64,000 bases of DNA from Somniosus microcephalus. Its lineage: Eukaryota. The notes under the pieces are model-generated. The model had not been told where the DNA came from, did not search any database, and saw only the letters and a list, made by a program, of their open reading frames with translations. The stretch covers positions 70,990,001 through 71,054,000 of the forward strand of contig CM126215.1 in NCBI GenBank assembly GCA_052327205.1, in the 5' to 3' direction. This document shows, piece after piece, positions 13,131-24,579 of the stretch; the first letter of the stretch is position 1, and each line of letters opens with the position of its first letter. A program made the translations under genes and the position numbers.

Positions 13131-13796
13131 CAGGTACACTATCCCTCATCCGAAAGCCTTGGGACCAGCTGAGTTTCGGTTTTCGGAATTTTTCGGATTT
13201 CAGAAGGTATTATTATAAGACTGGGAAATTTGTATTTAATATAAATTTTAAAAGTTCAGGCTACCTCTTGCGACTGTTCCGTGTCTCATTCCCCTTCCTG
13301 CTTCTCTGGAAAGCCGGATATCGGCTGACTCCTACTAAGCTGGCCCGCAAATCAGGTCGGGGGTCGGGTGGGGGGGAGAAAAGAATATCGGACGGGCCAC
13401 GGTTCGGGTCGGGTCGGGTGGGGGGGGTGGGGCGGGAGAAAAGAATATCGGACGGGTTGGGTCGGGTCGGGTGGGGGGTGGGGGGGGGGAAGAAAAGAAT
13501 ATCGGACGGGCCGCGGTTCGGTTCGGGTCGGGTCGGGGGGAGAAAAGAATATCGGACGGGCCGCTGCAGCTATCGGACGAGCCGCTGTATTGTTGGGTTC
13601 ACTCTCCCGGTACCTCCTTCATACTGCCCGGCTCGGCTTGCAATCTCCTACCCAGGAGGGAACTCTGTGACCCTCTGCCCTGCTCAGCGTAAGTTGTGCG
13701 CCACTCTGGTCATGTTGTGCGCACGACTTACGCTGAACGAAAAAACTTTCGGTTTTTAGAGGTTTTCGGAAGTTCGGATAAAGGATAGTCTACCTG
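13131..13796. mobile_element. Tc1/mariner-pogo (Tigger-like) MITE nested in the CR1 RT domain
   Basis: Roughly 24-bp TIRs CAGGTACACTATCCCTCATCCGAA / TTCGGATAAAGGATAGTCTACCTG with a TA TSD splitting DVVY/LDFQKAF. Internal G-rich tandem units. Confidence 0.9.
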
Positions 13797-14177
13797 TATT
13801 TGGATTTTCAGAAGGCATTTGATAAGGTGCCACACAAGAGGTATTGAACAAAATTAGGGCTCAAGGGATTTGGGGTAATATATTAGCATGGATGGATTGA
13901 GGATTGGTTAATGGACAGAAAACAGAGAGTGGGAATAAATGGGTCATTTTCGGGTTGGCAGGCTGTAACTAGTGGGGTACAGCAAGGATCAATGCTTGGG
14001 CCTCAGCTATTCACAATCTACACCAATGATTTGTATGAGGGAACCAAATGTAATATATCCAAGTTTGCTGAGGATACAAATCTGGGTGGGAATGTAAGTT
14101 GTGAGGAGTATGCAAGGAGGCTTCAAGGGGATATAGACAGGCTAAGTGAGTGGGCAAGAACATGGCAAATGGAATAT

Positions 14178-14260
14178 TCAATTCAATTCAATTTTATTTG
14201 TCATATATGCAGCAGACGTGTGTACTGCACAATGAAATGTTGATTTTTACGAGTCCTCCC
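14178..14260 (-). mobile_element. 83-bp 3' end of a LINE (Rex1/L2-like) nested in CR1
   Basis: Minus strand ends gacaaataaaattgaattgaattga. The aatat TSD (14173-77, 14261-65) splits CR1 WQMEY/NVEKC. Confidence 0.75.
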
Positions 14261-15433
14261 AATATAATGTGGAGAAATGTGAAGTTATCCACTTTGGTAG
14301 GAAAAATAGAAAAGCAGAATATTTTATAAATGGTGAGAGATTGGGAAATGTTGGTGTTCAGAGGGACCTGGGTGTCCTTGTACACGAATCACTGAAAGTT
14401 AACATGCAGGTACAGCAAGCAATTAGGAAAGCAAATAATATATTGGCCTGTATTACCAGAGGATTTGAGTATAAGAGTAAAGACGTCTTACTGCAATTAT
14501 ACAGTGCCCTGGTGAGACCACACCTGGAGTATTGTGTACAGTTTTGGTCTCCTTACCTAAGGAAGGATATAGAGGGAGTGTAATGAAGGTTCACCAGACT
14601 GGTTCCTGGGATGGGGGGATTGTCCTACGAGGAGAGATTGGGTAGACTAGGCCTATATTCTCGAGTTTAGAAGAATGAGAGGTGATCTCACTGAAACATA
14701 CAAAATTCTTACAGGGCTTGACAGGGTAGATGCAGGGAGGATGTTCCCCCTGGCTGGGGAGTCTAGAACCAGGGGTTAGAGTCTCAGAATAAGGGGTCGG
14801 CCATTTACGACTGAGATGAGGAGAAATTTCTTCACTCAGAGGGTGGTGAATCTTTGGAATTCTCTACCCCAGAGGGCTGTGGAGGCTGAGTGGAAGAGTA
14901 TATTCAAGACAAAGATCGATAGATTTTTTAATATTAAGGGAATCAAGGGGTATGGGGATAGTTCAGGAACGTGGAGGTGAGGTAGATGATCAGCCATGAT
15001 CTTATTGAATGGTGGAGCAGGCTTGAAGGGCCAAATGGCCTACTCCTGCTCCTATTTCTTATGTTCTTATGAAACATTTTGCCTTCTCATACACAAAGTA
15101 GTTATTACTTCTTGCAAATAAACGACTAACTAGGATGAATTTTATAAATTGATTCATTCAGTTTAGAAGAGGAAGCTAACCATGCAATCATACACAAAAA
15201 GCCACGGTGTCTAAGCATGAAGCTTAGTTAACACTCCTCCATTTCATGCAAGAAAATTAAATCTAATCTGTGCATGTGTAGGAGTTGAAATGATAGCAAT
15301 TGCTATGGGAACTCTGTATTCATAACAAGAATCACACCCCTCTCTGATAACAATGACTTGCCAAAGTTGAATCCCCACCTTAATCAAAAAAGTAGTTTTG
15401 CTTAGTACCATGCAAAAATATAACTTGTCTTAC

Positions 15434-15519
15434 CCATCTTCATTAATTCCACACATGCGGACCCTCTCAGTACTCATCCAGCTGTGAAGGTTGCCGTACA
15501 GGGGGGTTGCAGACAGCAT
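15434..15519 (-). CDS. BCOR: BCOR first coding exon (equivalent to human exon 2), 86 coding nt from the ATG
   Basis: Translates [28 protein letters not shown](G), nearly identical to the human BCOR N-terminus. Donor GG|gtaag at 15434. Probable acceptor poly(T)aaag| at 15561, giving 42 nt of 5'UTR. Confidence 0.96.
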
Positions 15520-16366
15520 GACGTCTTTTTGATTGAAGCTTCCCTTTTCCACAATTTTATTCTTTAAAAAAAAAAATCTTTATTAATACTTAAATAAATC
15601 TAAATCAAATACCCTTATTACCATGAGCAATTGATATACGACTTTTAAAATGTTTTCATTGTGATAAATCTATATACCTTCAGACAAGCATTGCATTGTT
15701 TTAATTAATGACATTTTACATTCACATTTCATTTACATTTCCAATTCGATACTGGAAAAGTTAAAGTTATAAAATATTATTCGTCAGTCAGGGTTGAACA
15801 TCTTCGTATGCTAATGGTCAAGGATAACTGAAGCAGATAGTTTGGAATGGAATGTATCCCTTCCTTGTATCTTTTAAGTATAAGAATAAATAATGTATAT
15901 TATTATTGTATATACACAGTCTCCAAAATGAAACTGCCACACTGAAGATCACAGTTCTCAGCCCATCTTCATTAATAATACAGGTTACAAATAGCAATGT
16001 TTTAACTTGTATATAGCAAGCAATCAATGGTGATCCTTTGATCTACCAAAATCAGTATTGCAGTTTATGTAATGTATAATCAATACCACATAATACATTC
16101 TCTCACATAAGTAGGCCATATTCAAAAGTGCATGAGATAACTTTCCTACAAGTCATGGTCAGTTGCAACATCATTCAAAACAATTGTGTACTCATGCTCA
16201 GTGCCACGTATGGGACCAATAACGCTCATACTTCTTCTGTGCATAAACAAAAGAAAGCAGCCTACAAAACCAAAGAACTACAAGAATATATGTTCTTTTC
16301 AGATGTTTAACAATATGAAACTGGAACAAATGTGTTAAATAAATAGAATACTGAACAAGACATTAT

Positions 16367-16985
16367 GGGGGAGAAATTGGGTGAGTAGCGCCACCTGTTA
16401 GCGCCTAAAGAGGCAGTCAGTGACTGTAGTGCCACTGGCTGCGTCTCCCGCGATATTCAGTAGGGGCGCTAATGGTGGCGTTAGGCATTTGCGCTGCGCC
16501 GCCACCGATGACGTCATTGGTGTGCGCAGTGCCCCATTCGTGCCCCATTCGCGATGCACCGCTCGCTACCCGCGCCCGGTTCACGGGGCCTTACTGTGCC
16601 AGCAGCGGCGCAAGTTAAGGTGGAGGTGCGGGGCGGCCGCCTTTTTGGCGGCCGCCTGCCAGCACCTCCGTCCCCGACCTCCTAACCACCCCCCGCGGCA
16701 TTGCCGGCTGTTTCCCGAGAGCCCGGCACTTCTCCTTGGTGCCGGGCTCATTTGCCGGCACTCACGAGCAGGGATTGCGCTGTTGCAGGCGCCTCCCCCT
16801 TAACAGTGGGAGGAAGGCCTGCAGTATCGCCTGCGATATTCAGTTTCAGCGCCCTAAGAGGGACGCGGAGCGCCTCGAGCCTCGAGGAGCAATGAAACTG
16901 AATATCTGACGATCGCTAAAGCCTCGAACGCTGCGCTAAATCCTGCGCTCAGGCGACTTTTGCGCCCCAACCCAATTTCTAGGCC
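16367..16985. mobile_element. CpG-rich MITE, PIF/Harbinger-like
   Basis: Termini GGGGGAGAAATTGGGT / ACCCAATTTCTAGGCC, 3-bp TSD tat (16364-66, 16986-88), and a sharp GC/CpG step against the flanks. Confidence 0.75.
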
Positions 16986-17238
16986 TATGAGTGCAATGCT
17001 TATTTTGTGTGAAACTAAGTGTATAGCTCACTAAAAACTTTATCAAGCATGATTTATGCAACATCATTCACACATTGCAGAAACAGTATTCAGCAACTTC
17101 TTACGCAATTACCCACATAGGTCTGTTAGATTTTTGTAGGGTTTATACCAAGAACCAACATTGACACACAGCCACCATCCAGTAGCATCACTGTAGAGCA
17201 ACCTTGAGTGGGAACCCTGGTCGATTTTACACTCCTTA

Positions 17239-18203
17239 ATCTAGGGACTCAGGAAATGTAGAAAGTATGATTAAGAAGTTTGCAGATGAGACAAAAATTA
17301 GTCGTGTGGTTGATAATGAAGAAGAAAGCTGCAGGCTGCAGGAAGATATCAATGGACTGGTCAGGTGGCAGAACAGTGGCAAATGGAATTCAATCTGGAG
17401 AAGTGTGAGGTAATGCATTTGGGGAGGACTAACAAGGCAAGGGAATACACTATAAATGGTAAGACACTGAGAAGTGCAGAAGATCAGAGAGCCCTTGGAG
17501 TGCATGTCCACAAATCCCTGAAGGTAGCAGGACAGGTAGATATGGTGGTTAAGAAGGCATATGGGATACTTGCCTTCATTAGCCGAGGCACAGAATATAA
17601 GAGCAGGGAGGTTATGCTTGAACTGTATAAAATACTAGTTAGGCCGCAGCTAGAATACTGCGTGCAGTTCTGGTCACCTCATTACAGGAAGGATGTGATT
17701 GCACTAGAGGGGGTGCAGAGGAGATTTACGAGGATGTTGCCTGGGCTGGGGAATTTTAGCTATGAGGAAAGACTGGCTAGGCTGGGGTTGTTTTCTTTGG
17801 AACAGAAGAGGCTGAGGGGAGACCTAATTCAGGTATATAAAATTATGAGGGGCCTAGATAGAGTGGATAGGAAGGACCTATTTCCCTTAGCAGAAGGGTC
17901 AATAACCAGGGGGCATAGATTTAAAGTAATTGGTCACAGGATTGGAGAGGATTTGAGGAGGAATTCTTTCACCCAGAGGGTGGTGGGGGGTCTGGAACTC
18001 ACTGCCTGAAAGGGTGGTAGAGGCAGAGACCCTCATCACATTTAAAAAGTACTTGGATATGCACTTGAAGTGCCGTAACCTACAAGGCTACGGACCAAGT
18101 GCTGGAAAGTGGGATTAGGGTGGTTTGCTCTTTATCGGCCGGCATGGACAAGATGGGCCGAATGGCCTTCTTTTGTGTTGTAAATTTCTATGATTCTATG
18201 ATT
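17239..18203 (+). mobile_element. CR1/HER1-type LINE 3' fragment
   Basis: KFADETK, WQMEFNLEKC, RPQLEYCVQFWSPH and RLRGDLI motifs. Tail atgggccgaatggcc...ttctatgattctatga. Confidence 0.92.
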
Positions 18204-18204
18204 C

Positions 18205-18460
18205 AGTCAACTGTAGCAGCTCCATTACCACCTGGCTAAGAACTGCTAACTCAGCACAGACCTGGGCTCCAACTTGGAGCCTTCCTGTGCTACAGAGAAT
18301 GCTCAACAGACAGGACAATCTCCCAATCAGGATTTTCTTTTCAATTCTCTTCTCCCGAGGTGACCAATTGTAAAAGCACATGCCACACTTTCCTGGCTGT
18401 AATCAAGTAACTCAGCATGATCGGGGATCAAACCTGGGATCTTTCTGGGAATATGACTCA
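18205..18460 (-). mobile_element. Ancient SINE fragments (AmnSINE2-like)
   Basis: Minus strand has ccaggtttgatccccgatcatgctgagtta and ggtctgtgctgagttagc, resembling the recalled AmnSINE2 head. Family name unverified. Confidence 0.45.
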
Positions 18461-18461
18461 G

Positions 18462-19040
18462 TAAGAACATAAGAAATAGGAGCAGGAGTAGGCCATTTGG
18501 CCCTAAGAGCCTGCTCCGCCATTCAATAAGATCATAGCTGATTTTCTACCTCATCTCCACTTTCCTGAATGATCCCCATATCCCTTGACTCCCTTAATAT
18601 TAAAAAATCTATCGATCTCTGTCTTGAATATATTCAACCACTGAGCCTCCACAGCCCTCTGGGGTAGAGAATTCCAAAGATTCACCACCCTCTGAGTGAA
18701 GAAATTTCTCCTCATCTCAGTCCTAAATGGCCGACACCTTATTCTGAGACTGTGACCCCTGGTTCTAGACTCCCCAGCCAGGGGAAACATCCTCCCTGCA
18801 TCTACCCTGTCAAGCCCTGTAAGAATTTTGTCTGTTTCAATGAGATCACCTCTCTTTCTTCTAAACTCTAGAGAATATAGGCCTTTTGACTATCTCTCCT
18901 CATAGGACAATCCCCCCATCCCAGGAACCAGTCTGGTGAACCTTCGTTGCACTCCCTCTATAGCAAGTATATCCTTCCTTAGGCAAGGAGACCAAAACTG
19001 TATACAATACTCCAGGTGTGGTCTATCCAGGGCCCTATAT
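18462..19040 (-). mobile_element. CR1 LINE 3' fragment, same subfamily as 9998-15071
   Basis: RPHLEYCIQFWSP and RRNFFTQRVVNLWNSLP motifs, with the same tail (reverse complement taagaacataagaaataggagcaggagtagg). Confidence 0.92.
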
Positions 19041-19819
19041 ATACCAAATAATGCTTTTACAACTGCGGCCCCAGTAAAGTTCTTTTTTAAAACGTTTGTC
19101 GCAGAGAACAATCATTTAACATCAACATTCTTTTATTTTGGTAATTTCAGCAGATTTTTTTAATACTTTGAGGAAATTAAGTAACATACAGTGATGATGT
19201 TGCATCTTCCCTGAACCTTTGACTGTTGTGCTACAAATGTTAACTCTGCTCCCTTGCTCAAAAACGCTTTCCAACCAATACCTGTGATAATGCCATCAGT
19301 AAGGCAAATAATTTGGCATTATTCATGAAATTTTTTTACATTTACCATATGTAGTACAATTTGCTGAGCAAGGACTACAATGTTGCATTAAAAGTCCCCA
19401 AGGCAGTGCAAATACCAGTTTCTGAGCAGTTCAAAGCAATAAGAAAATCACTTGCTGCCACAAATCAATTGCACTAGTTATCCAGTATTTCCTACTTAAA
19501 GGGCCACCAGGTTTATCAACAAGTGCTTCACAATTCTTTTTACATGTATTTACAGAACACTCGATCGACATTTAAAAGTTGAATTAAAATGCACCACTGT
19601 CACTTGCACATGACATCACTGTGAGAGAGGTGACATGGCTCTTTCCCCTCATCAAAAACAGTTTACCAAACCCTTGTGTAAAGAGGACCCCATTAAACAT
19701 TTGAAAGAGAATTTACAAAAAGGAAATGAATAAAATAAAAAAGGATGTTAGTTACTCTTAATCTTGGTAATTATTTTGGACTTTTTTACAGTGCAAATGG
19801 TGACATACCATCTAACATA

Positions 19820-20200
19820 ATTTATATAGTACCTGATCATGTCTCACAGATGTGTTTCAAACCATTTCCCATGCAACAAATTACTTTGAAATGCAGTGAC
19901 TGTTTTAATGTAGGCAAATGTGGCAGTCATTTTGCACATAGCAAGATCCTACAAAAAACAATGACACAAATGGCCAAATAATCTGCTTTCTGGTCGTGTT
20001 AATTGAGGAAGAAATGATAGTGAGGGCACTGGGAAAACACTCTATTCCTCTCCAGATAGTGCCATGGAATCTTTTAACATCCACCTTTAAACACGAACAC
20101 CAAAGACCACTCCTTGAGGACTGCAATGTCAGTCTAGATTGCATGTCAAATCCTGGAGTGGGGCTTGAACCTGCAATCATTTATCTGACAGAGAGGATCT
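19820..20200 (-). mobile_element. Deu-domain SINE (SacSINE1/AmnSINE1-like)
   Basis: Minus strand has B-box ggttcaagcccc, ggatgttaaaagattccatggcactat, cagattatttggccatt and gatcttgctatgtgcaaaatgactgcc...cattaaaacagtcactgcatttcaaagtaa. Confidence 0.7.
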
Positions 20201-20311
20201 TACCAAGTGGATCTCTCAAAAAATAAATAAAACAGTTAACTTAGAAAGATTCATAATTGTGCTCTCCTAATGGTTAAACAAGTTTATCAAGTGGATAGCT
20301 GAGCCATATAG

Positions 20312-20909
20312 CAGTGGTGTCGCTAGGAATGGAAATTTGGGTGTGTCCCAACTTATGGTAGATGGGCTATGTTCCTACTTTCAGAATGCTCCAATTCATC
20401 GTTGCTGCAGACCAGGCAAAAGTTCCCATTGCTAGTAGGGTTGGGTGGCAAAGAGTTAGCTGGTGGCCACTGACGGAGCTGCCAGGCGTTCATTGTTCGC
20501 ACACTGGCTCATTTTATCGTGTTATTGTGATGAGCCGCCTCATTCTGCTTTGTGCTACAGCCCTACTCAACGCACTTCTACAGCACTAGAGGCATCGATG
20601 GCATCCCCATATGGATGGACGGTTGCCAATTTTTACTGGCACCAGCAGTTCCACCACCGCAGAAACCTCATGACCACTTTCACCAAGTCGACAGGCTTCA
20701 AATAATAAGATAGAACATTAGCTGCCATCAACATTAGCTGCATTTATTTCCATAGCTCCAGCAGTGCAGCTTTGTTCCTACTGCGGCTATGTCCAACAGA
20801 TACTGAAAAAAGCCTGCTAATGAACTTGCTTAAACCTAGCATTCACTCAGGCTCAGATTTGGGTGGGCCTGGATGCTAATTGGTGGGCCCGCCCACAGTT
20901 ACATCTCTG
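20312..20909. mobile_element. Non-autonomous hAT-type element
   Basis: Perfect 8-bp TSD ccatatag (20304-11, 20910-17) and imperfect TIRs CAGTGGTGTCGCT versus reverse-complemented CAGAGATGTAACT. Confidence 0.72.
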
Positions 20910-21650
20910 CCATATAGACCAGTAATGTTTCCAGTTTGATCTTCAGTTCGTAGAATAGCTGCAATGGTTCGGGGAAGGAATATAAGTGCTCCTAATTACG
21001 ATCCATCAGCCCCTGCTGAAATGCACAACTAGGGACATTGGGTAAGAAAAAAATTTGGCCCTGGTTGCGATGTTTCTGTGTGGGATAGCCTGGCAGCACT
21101 CACCATTAAGATTCACACATGAATAATGGTGACATGTATGAGGTATAAGAGGTGACCACTGTCTGGCACTGTATTCCAGAGAGGGAGTTGATGCCTTCAG
21201 GAGAGAAGAATATGAAGATGATTTAATCCTGCTTTCAAAAGATACCATATGCCCCACTTACTTGACATTGTTGCCTCTGATAGTACAGTAAATAAGGACA
21301 TGGCTGCCTCCATTGGCACCAAGGCCTATCTAAATAAGTGGTATTCACCAGCACCTTCACAGGCACTGGTGTCCTGTTGGTAACATAAACACTGCCATTA
21401 GAAAGGCTGCCATCTTTTCTAGTGACCAAGCTCTCAGCCAGCCTGTGCAGGGCAAGCCAGCAATGCAATTTATCTCTCATTGGCCATTCTGAACCATCTT
21501 CAGCTACTGCAGATGAAAAGGTCAACAGAAATAAAGTTGCAACCTGCAACTCAAAAGCAGTTTTTATGATGTTGTTCTAGTACTGCGACATAAATGGAGA
21601 CCGACTCCGCAGCCCTGGGAGCCCAAGGCAATTGCAGAACTACTTCAAGA

Positions 21651-21847
21651 AGTGCTGTGGGAACTGACAGGGAGGAGTTACTGAACTTGACAGTGTGAGG
21701 GAGCTGAATTAACATTGAGTTACAGTTATTAACCCAGTCTGCTTCAATGATCTTGGCATTTTAACTGCGCATGTTAATTAAGCTCCTTCACACTGTCGGG
21801 GTAAGTATCTTCCCCTAGCCAGTTCCCCCAAAGATCTCATCAGCACT
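21651..21847. repeat. Imperfect palindrome of about 200 bp (fold-back element)
   Basis: gacagtgtgagggagctgaattaacat (21689-21715) pairs 25/27 with atgttaattaagctccttcacactgtc (21771-21797). Weaker pairing extends on both sides. Confidence 0.75.
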
Positions 21848-24579
21848 CAAGGTTTCAACAAAAATTAAAATCAACAGAGGTTGACAGAAACAAACAGAAG
21901 GATGTTGAAATAGAATTCTCTATGACGAGTACATCCTCCTTAAAATGAGTTTTTGAACAAACACGAAGTAGGTGGTTAAAGAACAGGGTGCACTTACACC
22001 AGATTCTAGGTAATCCACTCAGTCCTAAACTCTTTCCCTGTACATACTATAATATGAAATTGGTTGCTGCTGGTCACACACAACAAATCAGAAATAAATT
22101 TAAATCTAGGTGGCTAAATCCAACAGGCAAAAAATATTCATTATCACAGCAGTGCAGCATTTATTTGGGAACAGAATGCCTGTGAATTGACAGCCTACAG
22201 CAGAAATATTTGCACTTCCTTTCACAAAGTAATATCCTGCCTAAAAAGGATTGCACACATAATGCCCACATTTTACAAAGGAAAGATCTACTCTGAAAAC
22301 TGCATAGTATTGTTGAAAGCTTTACATATCCTAAGTGTGAATTTTATGCCATGTATTTTTGTGCTGAGGTGGATTCCATGGAATTAACTGTCCCATTTAT
22401 TGACACAATTAAGTGCATGCAGATAAACTTTGCTCTTTTCACTAAATGGGAACTGCCACACATACATGGCTCAACGCTGAAATACTTACTGGGGTCTACA
22501 TTTAACATTGTTGCGCCCATTTTATGGACCTAAACGGGCACAGCAATCATCAATTTAACAGTACAGAGGCCCACGCCCGATCTGCATGGGATTTCGGGCC
22601 ACTGCTAATTTAGTCAGGATCTTATTTGAGACAGCCATGAGCACATGTCTCATTTTAATGTTGAAATGAGGCTCCAGCACACATTTCAGACCCGGACGCT
22701 TACTAGCTCCAACTGGCTTTTCCAGGTTTTGAACAGCCTAATCAGCAGTCCTTAAAAGGGACCCCTGGAGATCGCTCAAAAATTGCCCAAAAATGTGTGC
22801 AATCAAAAGGAGCTCTGCCTGGCTCCACAAAACAAGCCCCCCCCCCCACTCCCGATCGCATCCCTGCCAGATTTTTCTCTGGGCCTCAGCATGGACTGAA
22901 ATTTGTAAGACCCGACAGGTGAGCTGCACCGGGACGCCTCATTGGCACCAGCAGCTTGCCTGATTTATTCTGATGAGGCCCGAGGATGAAATTACTTTCG
23001 TCTCGGGTTTCTAATTTCTGCCGGAATCACGCCCGGTTTGGGGCACTAAGGAATGTAGTTTCTGTGTTTTATACCTAAATCTAAACCTGAAAATACTTTG
23101 ACTTGAAAAGATGTTGGAACAGCAATCCTAATCAAATCCCAGTTGAGTTTTAGGCTATGTGAAAAGTTTTATTTAGATTTAAAGAAGTTTAGAGATTATA
23201 GCAAGGTTCCATTATGTAAAATGTTAGCAGTGGCTCATGATGATTAAAGTATATTTACACATACATGTAACAGGAACTTTGCTATGCAAAAGCGGCTTTT
23301 TTATATTCCCCTCAAGCAGATATTGTTAGTTATACAGTGATTTAAATACAGGACGTTACCTTGCTTCATTGCTACATGATTAATATTGTAGACTGCTATT
23401 TGCAAGTAAAACAGCAGGCAGCAGCATCTTCCATCATAACTACGTAAATTGCAGCACTAGTCACTACAGTGAAGGAAATCTAACATTTAAGACACTGTTG
23501 GCTCAGGGATTAGAGTACTGCTGGATCACTGGAACCAATCCAAACAAAAAATGGTCTTTCACAAGAGAAAATATATGTTAGACTAGTAGGCTATCAGCAA
23601 GCTAGGATAGCGCTGGTCACTGCATCATTCATCATTTCGTGTTGCTATGCTGAGCCACTTCTACCTAACAGCAGTACACTACAGCAAATTATTTTGCTTT
23701 ATATTTTACTATGGCTTGTATTTAACACCAATTCCTTTCCTTCACTTTGGTTATTAATGTAGTTTAAGTATTTACCAGAAGTACATAACATGTATTTACA
23801 ATACTGATATTCAGTTGGGAGTACTGTTCTATATACTGAAAATTTTCATTAAACATTTTTAGATCATGGATCCTTGTACGGCAAATCCCTGATGTAAAGT
23901 AGGCATCTAATAGAGCCAAGGCACTTCCTCAGAGAGTGGAATAAAGAGATACTCAAAGGAGAAGTTAACAGGAGAGACAATCTTGTACATTTTCATAATG
24001 GTTTGTTCAAGAACGACATTGGCAGAACCTTTCGAGCCGAGAATGCTTTCAGATGGGATTTAGTCTCTGGAATGTGGCAGACTTAGAGCAGTAGAAAACA
24101 GTTTACAAACTGGTTTAGAGTAAAGAATATACAAGATAGCAAAACTGTATACAGCAAATTAAAGAAAAATAGATGTTTAAAGTATGTTTAGATCTGTGCA
24201 GTGCAGTGGAGGCTCACAATAGAGAACTCGATGTAAAAGTTCTGAAACTCCTGAATAGCACTGGTTCACTGTATTTAGAAATAAGAGCAATCAAGTCACT
24301 TCTTCATATCAGACTGCTGTCCATGATCACTAATGCATGCTCAACTCCAGCTTTCAGAATACAAGGTAGGAACACTGCACTGTGCATTAAATTGTTAGTT
24401 TAGCACCCAATGAGGGTAATTTTGACTTTGGGTGATATCGATTCAGCCATCCGTTATACATGGTCAATGGAAATGGCAATTAGGAGAGATGTATAATGGG
24501 AGGCTGAATAGATATCGCCCACTTTACACTATCACTCAGTCAAAATTACCCCCAGTCACTCAGTGCGTAATTGCACCAC

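Larger units (their letters stand above)
9998..15071 (+). mobile_element. Near-full-length CR1 LINE, 5'-truncated in ORF1, inactive, with three nested insertions
   Basis: ORF1 SGNH-esterase motifs VHIGTNDIG and DGLHLN. ORF2 APE motifs YLNVRSIRNK, ETWL, YRPPN and SDHN. RT motifs GNYRPVSLTS, KSCLTNL, DFQKAFDKVPH and RPHLEYCVQFW. Tail cctactcctgctcctatttcttatgttcttatg. Many frameshifts. Confidence 0.95.

Noticed and set aside
13355-13562. CRISPR-like repeat/spacer pattern (also 44447-44690)
   Set aside because: Vertebrate DNA with no cas genes, and the intervening sequences are themselves repetitive. These are minisatellites.
9845-14583. Esterase-, endonuclease- and RT-like ORFs as host genes or an active element
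   Set aside because: Fragments of one CR1 LINE with frameshifts, stops and nested insertions.
518-15519. Assignment to the paralog BCORL1
   Set aside because: The N-terminus [10 protein letters not shown] and the large-exon motifs, including ADSSQLSREQRALQ, match BCOR. BCORL1 has MISTAPLYSG and an unrelated Pro-rich large exon.
22490-23050. Possible further GC-rich MITE
   Set aside because: The composition suggests a repeat, but I could not identify matching TIRs or a TSD.
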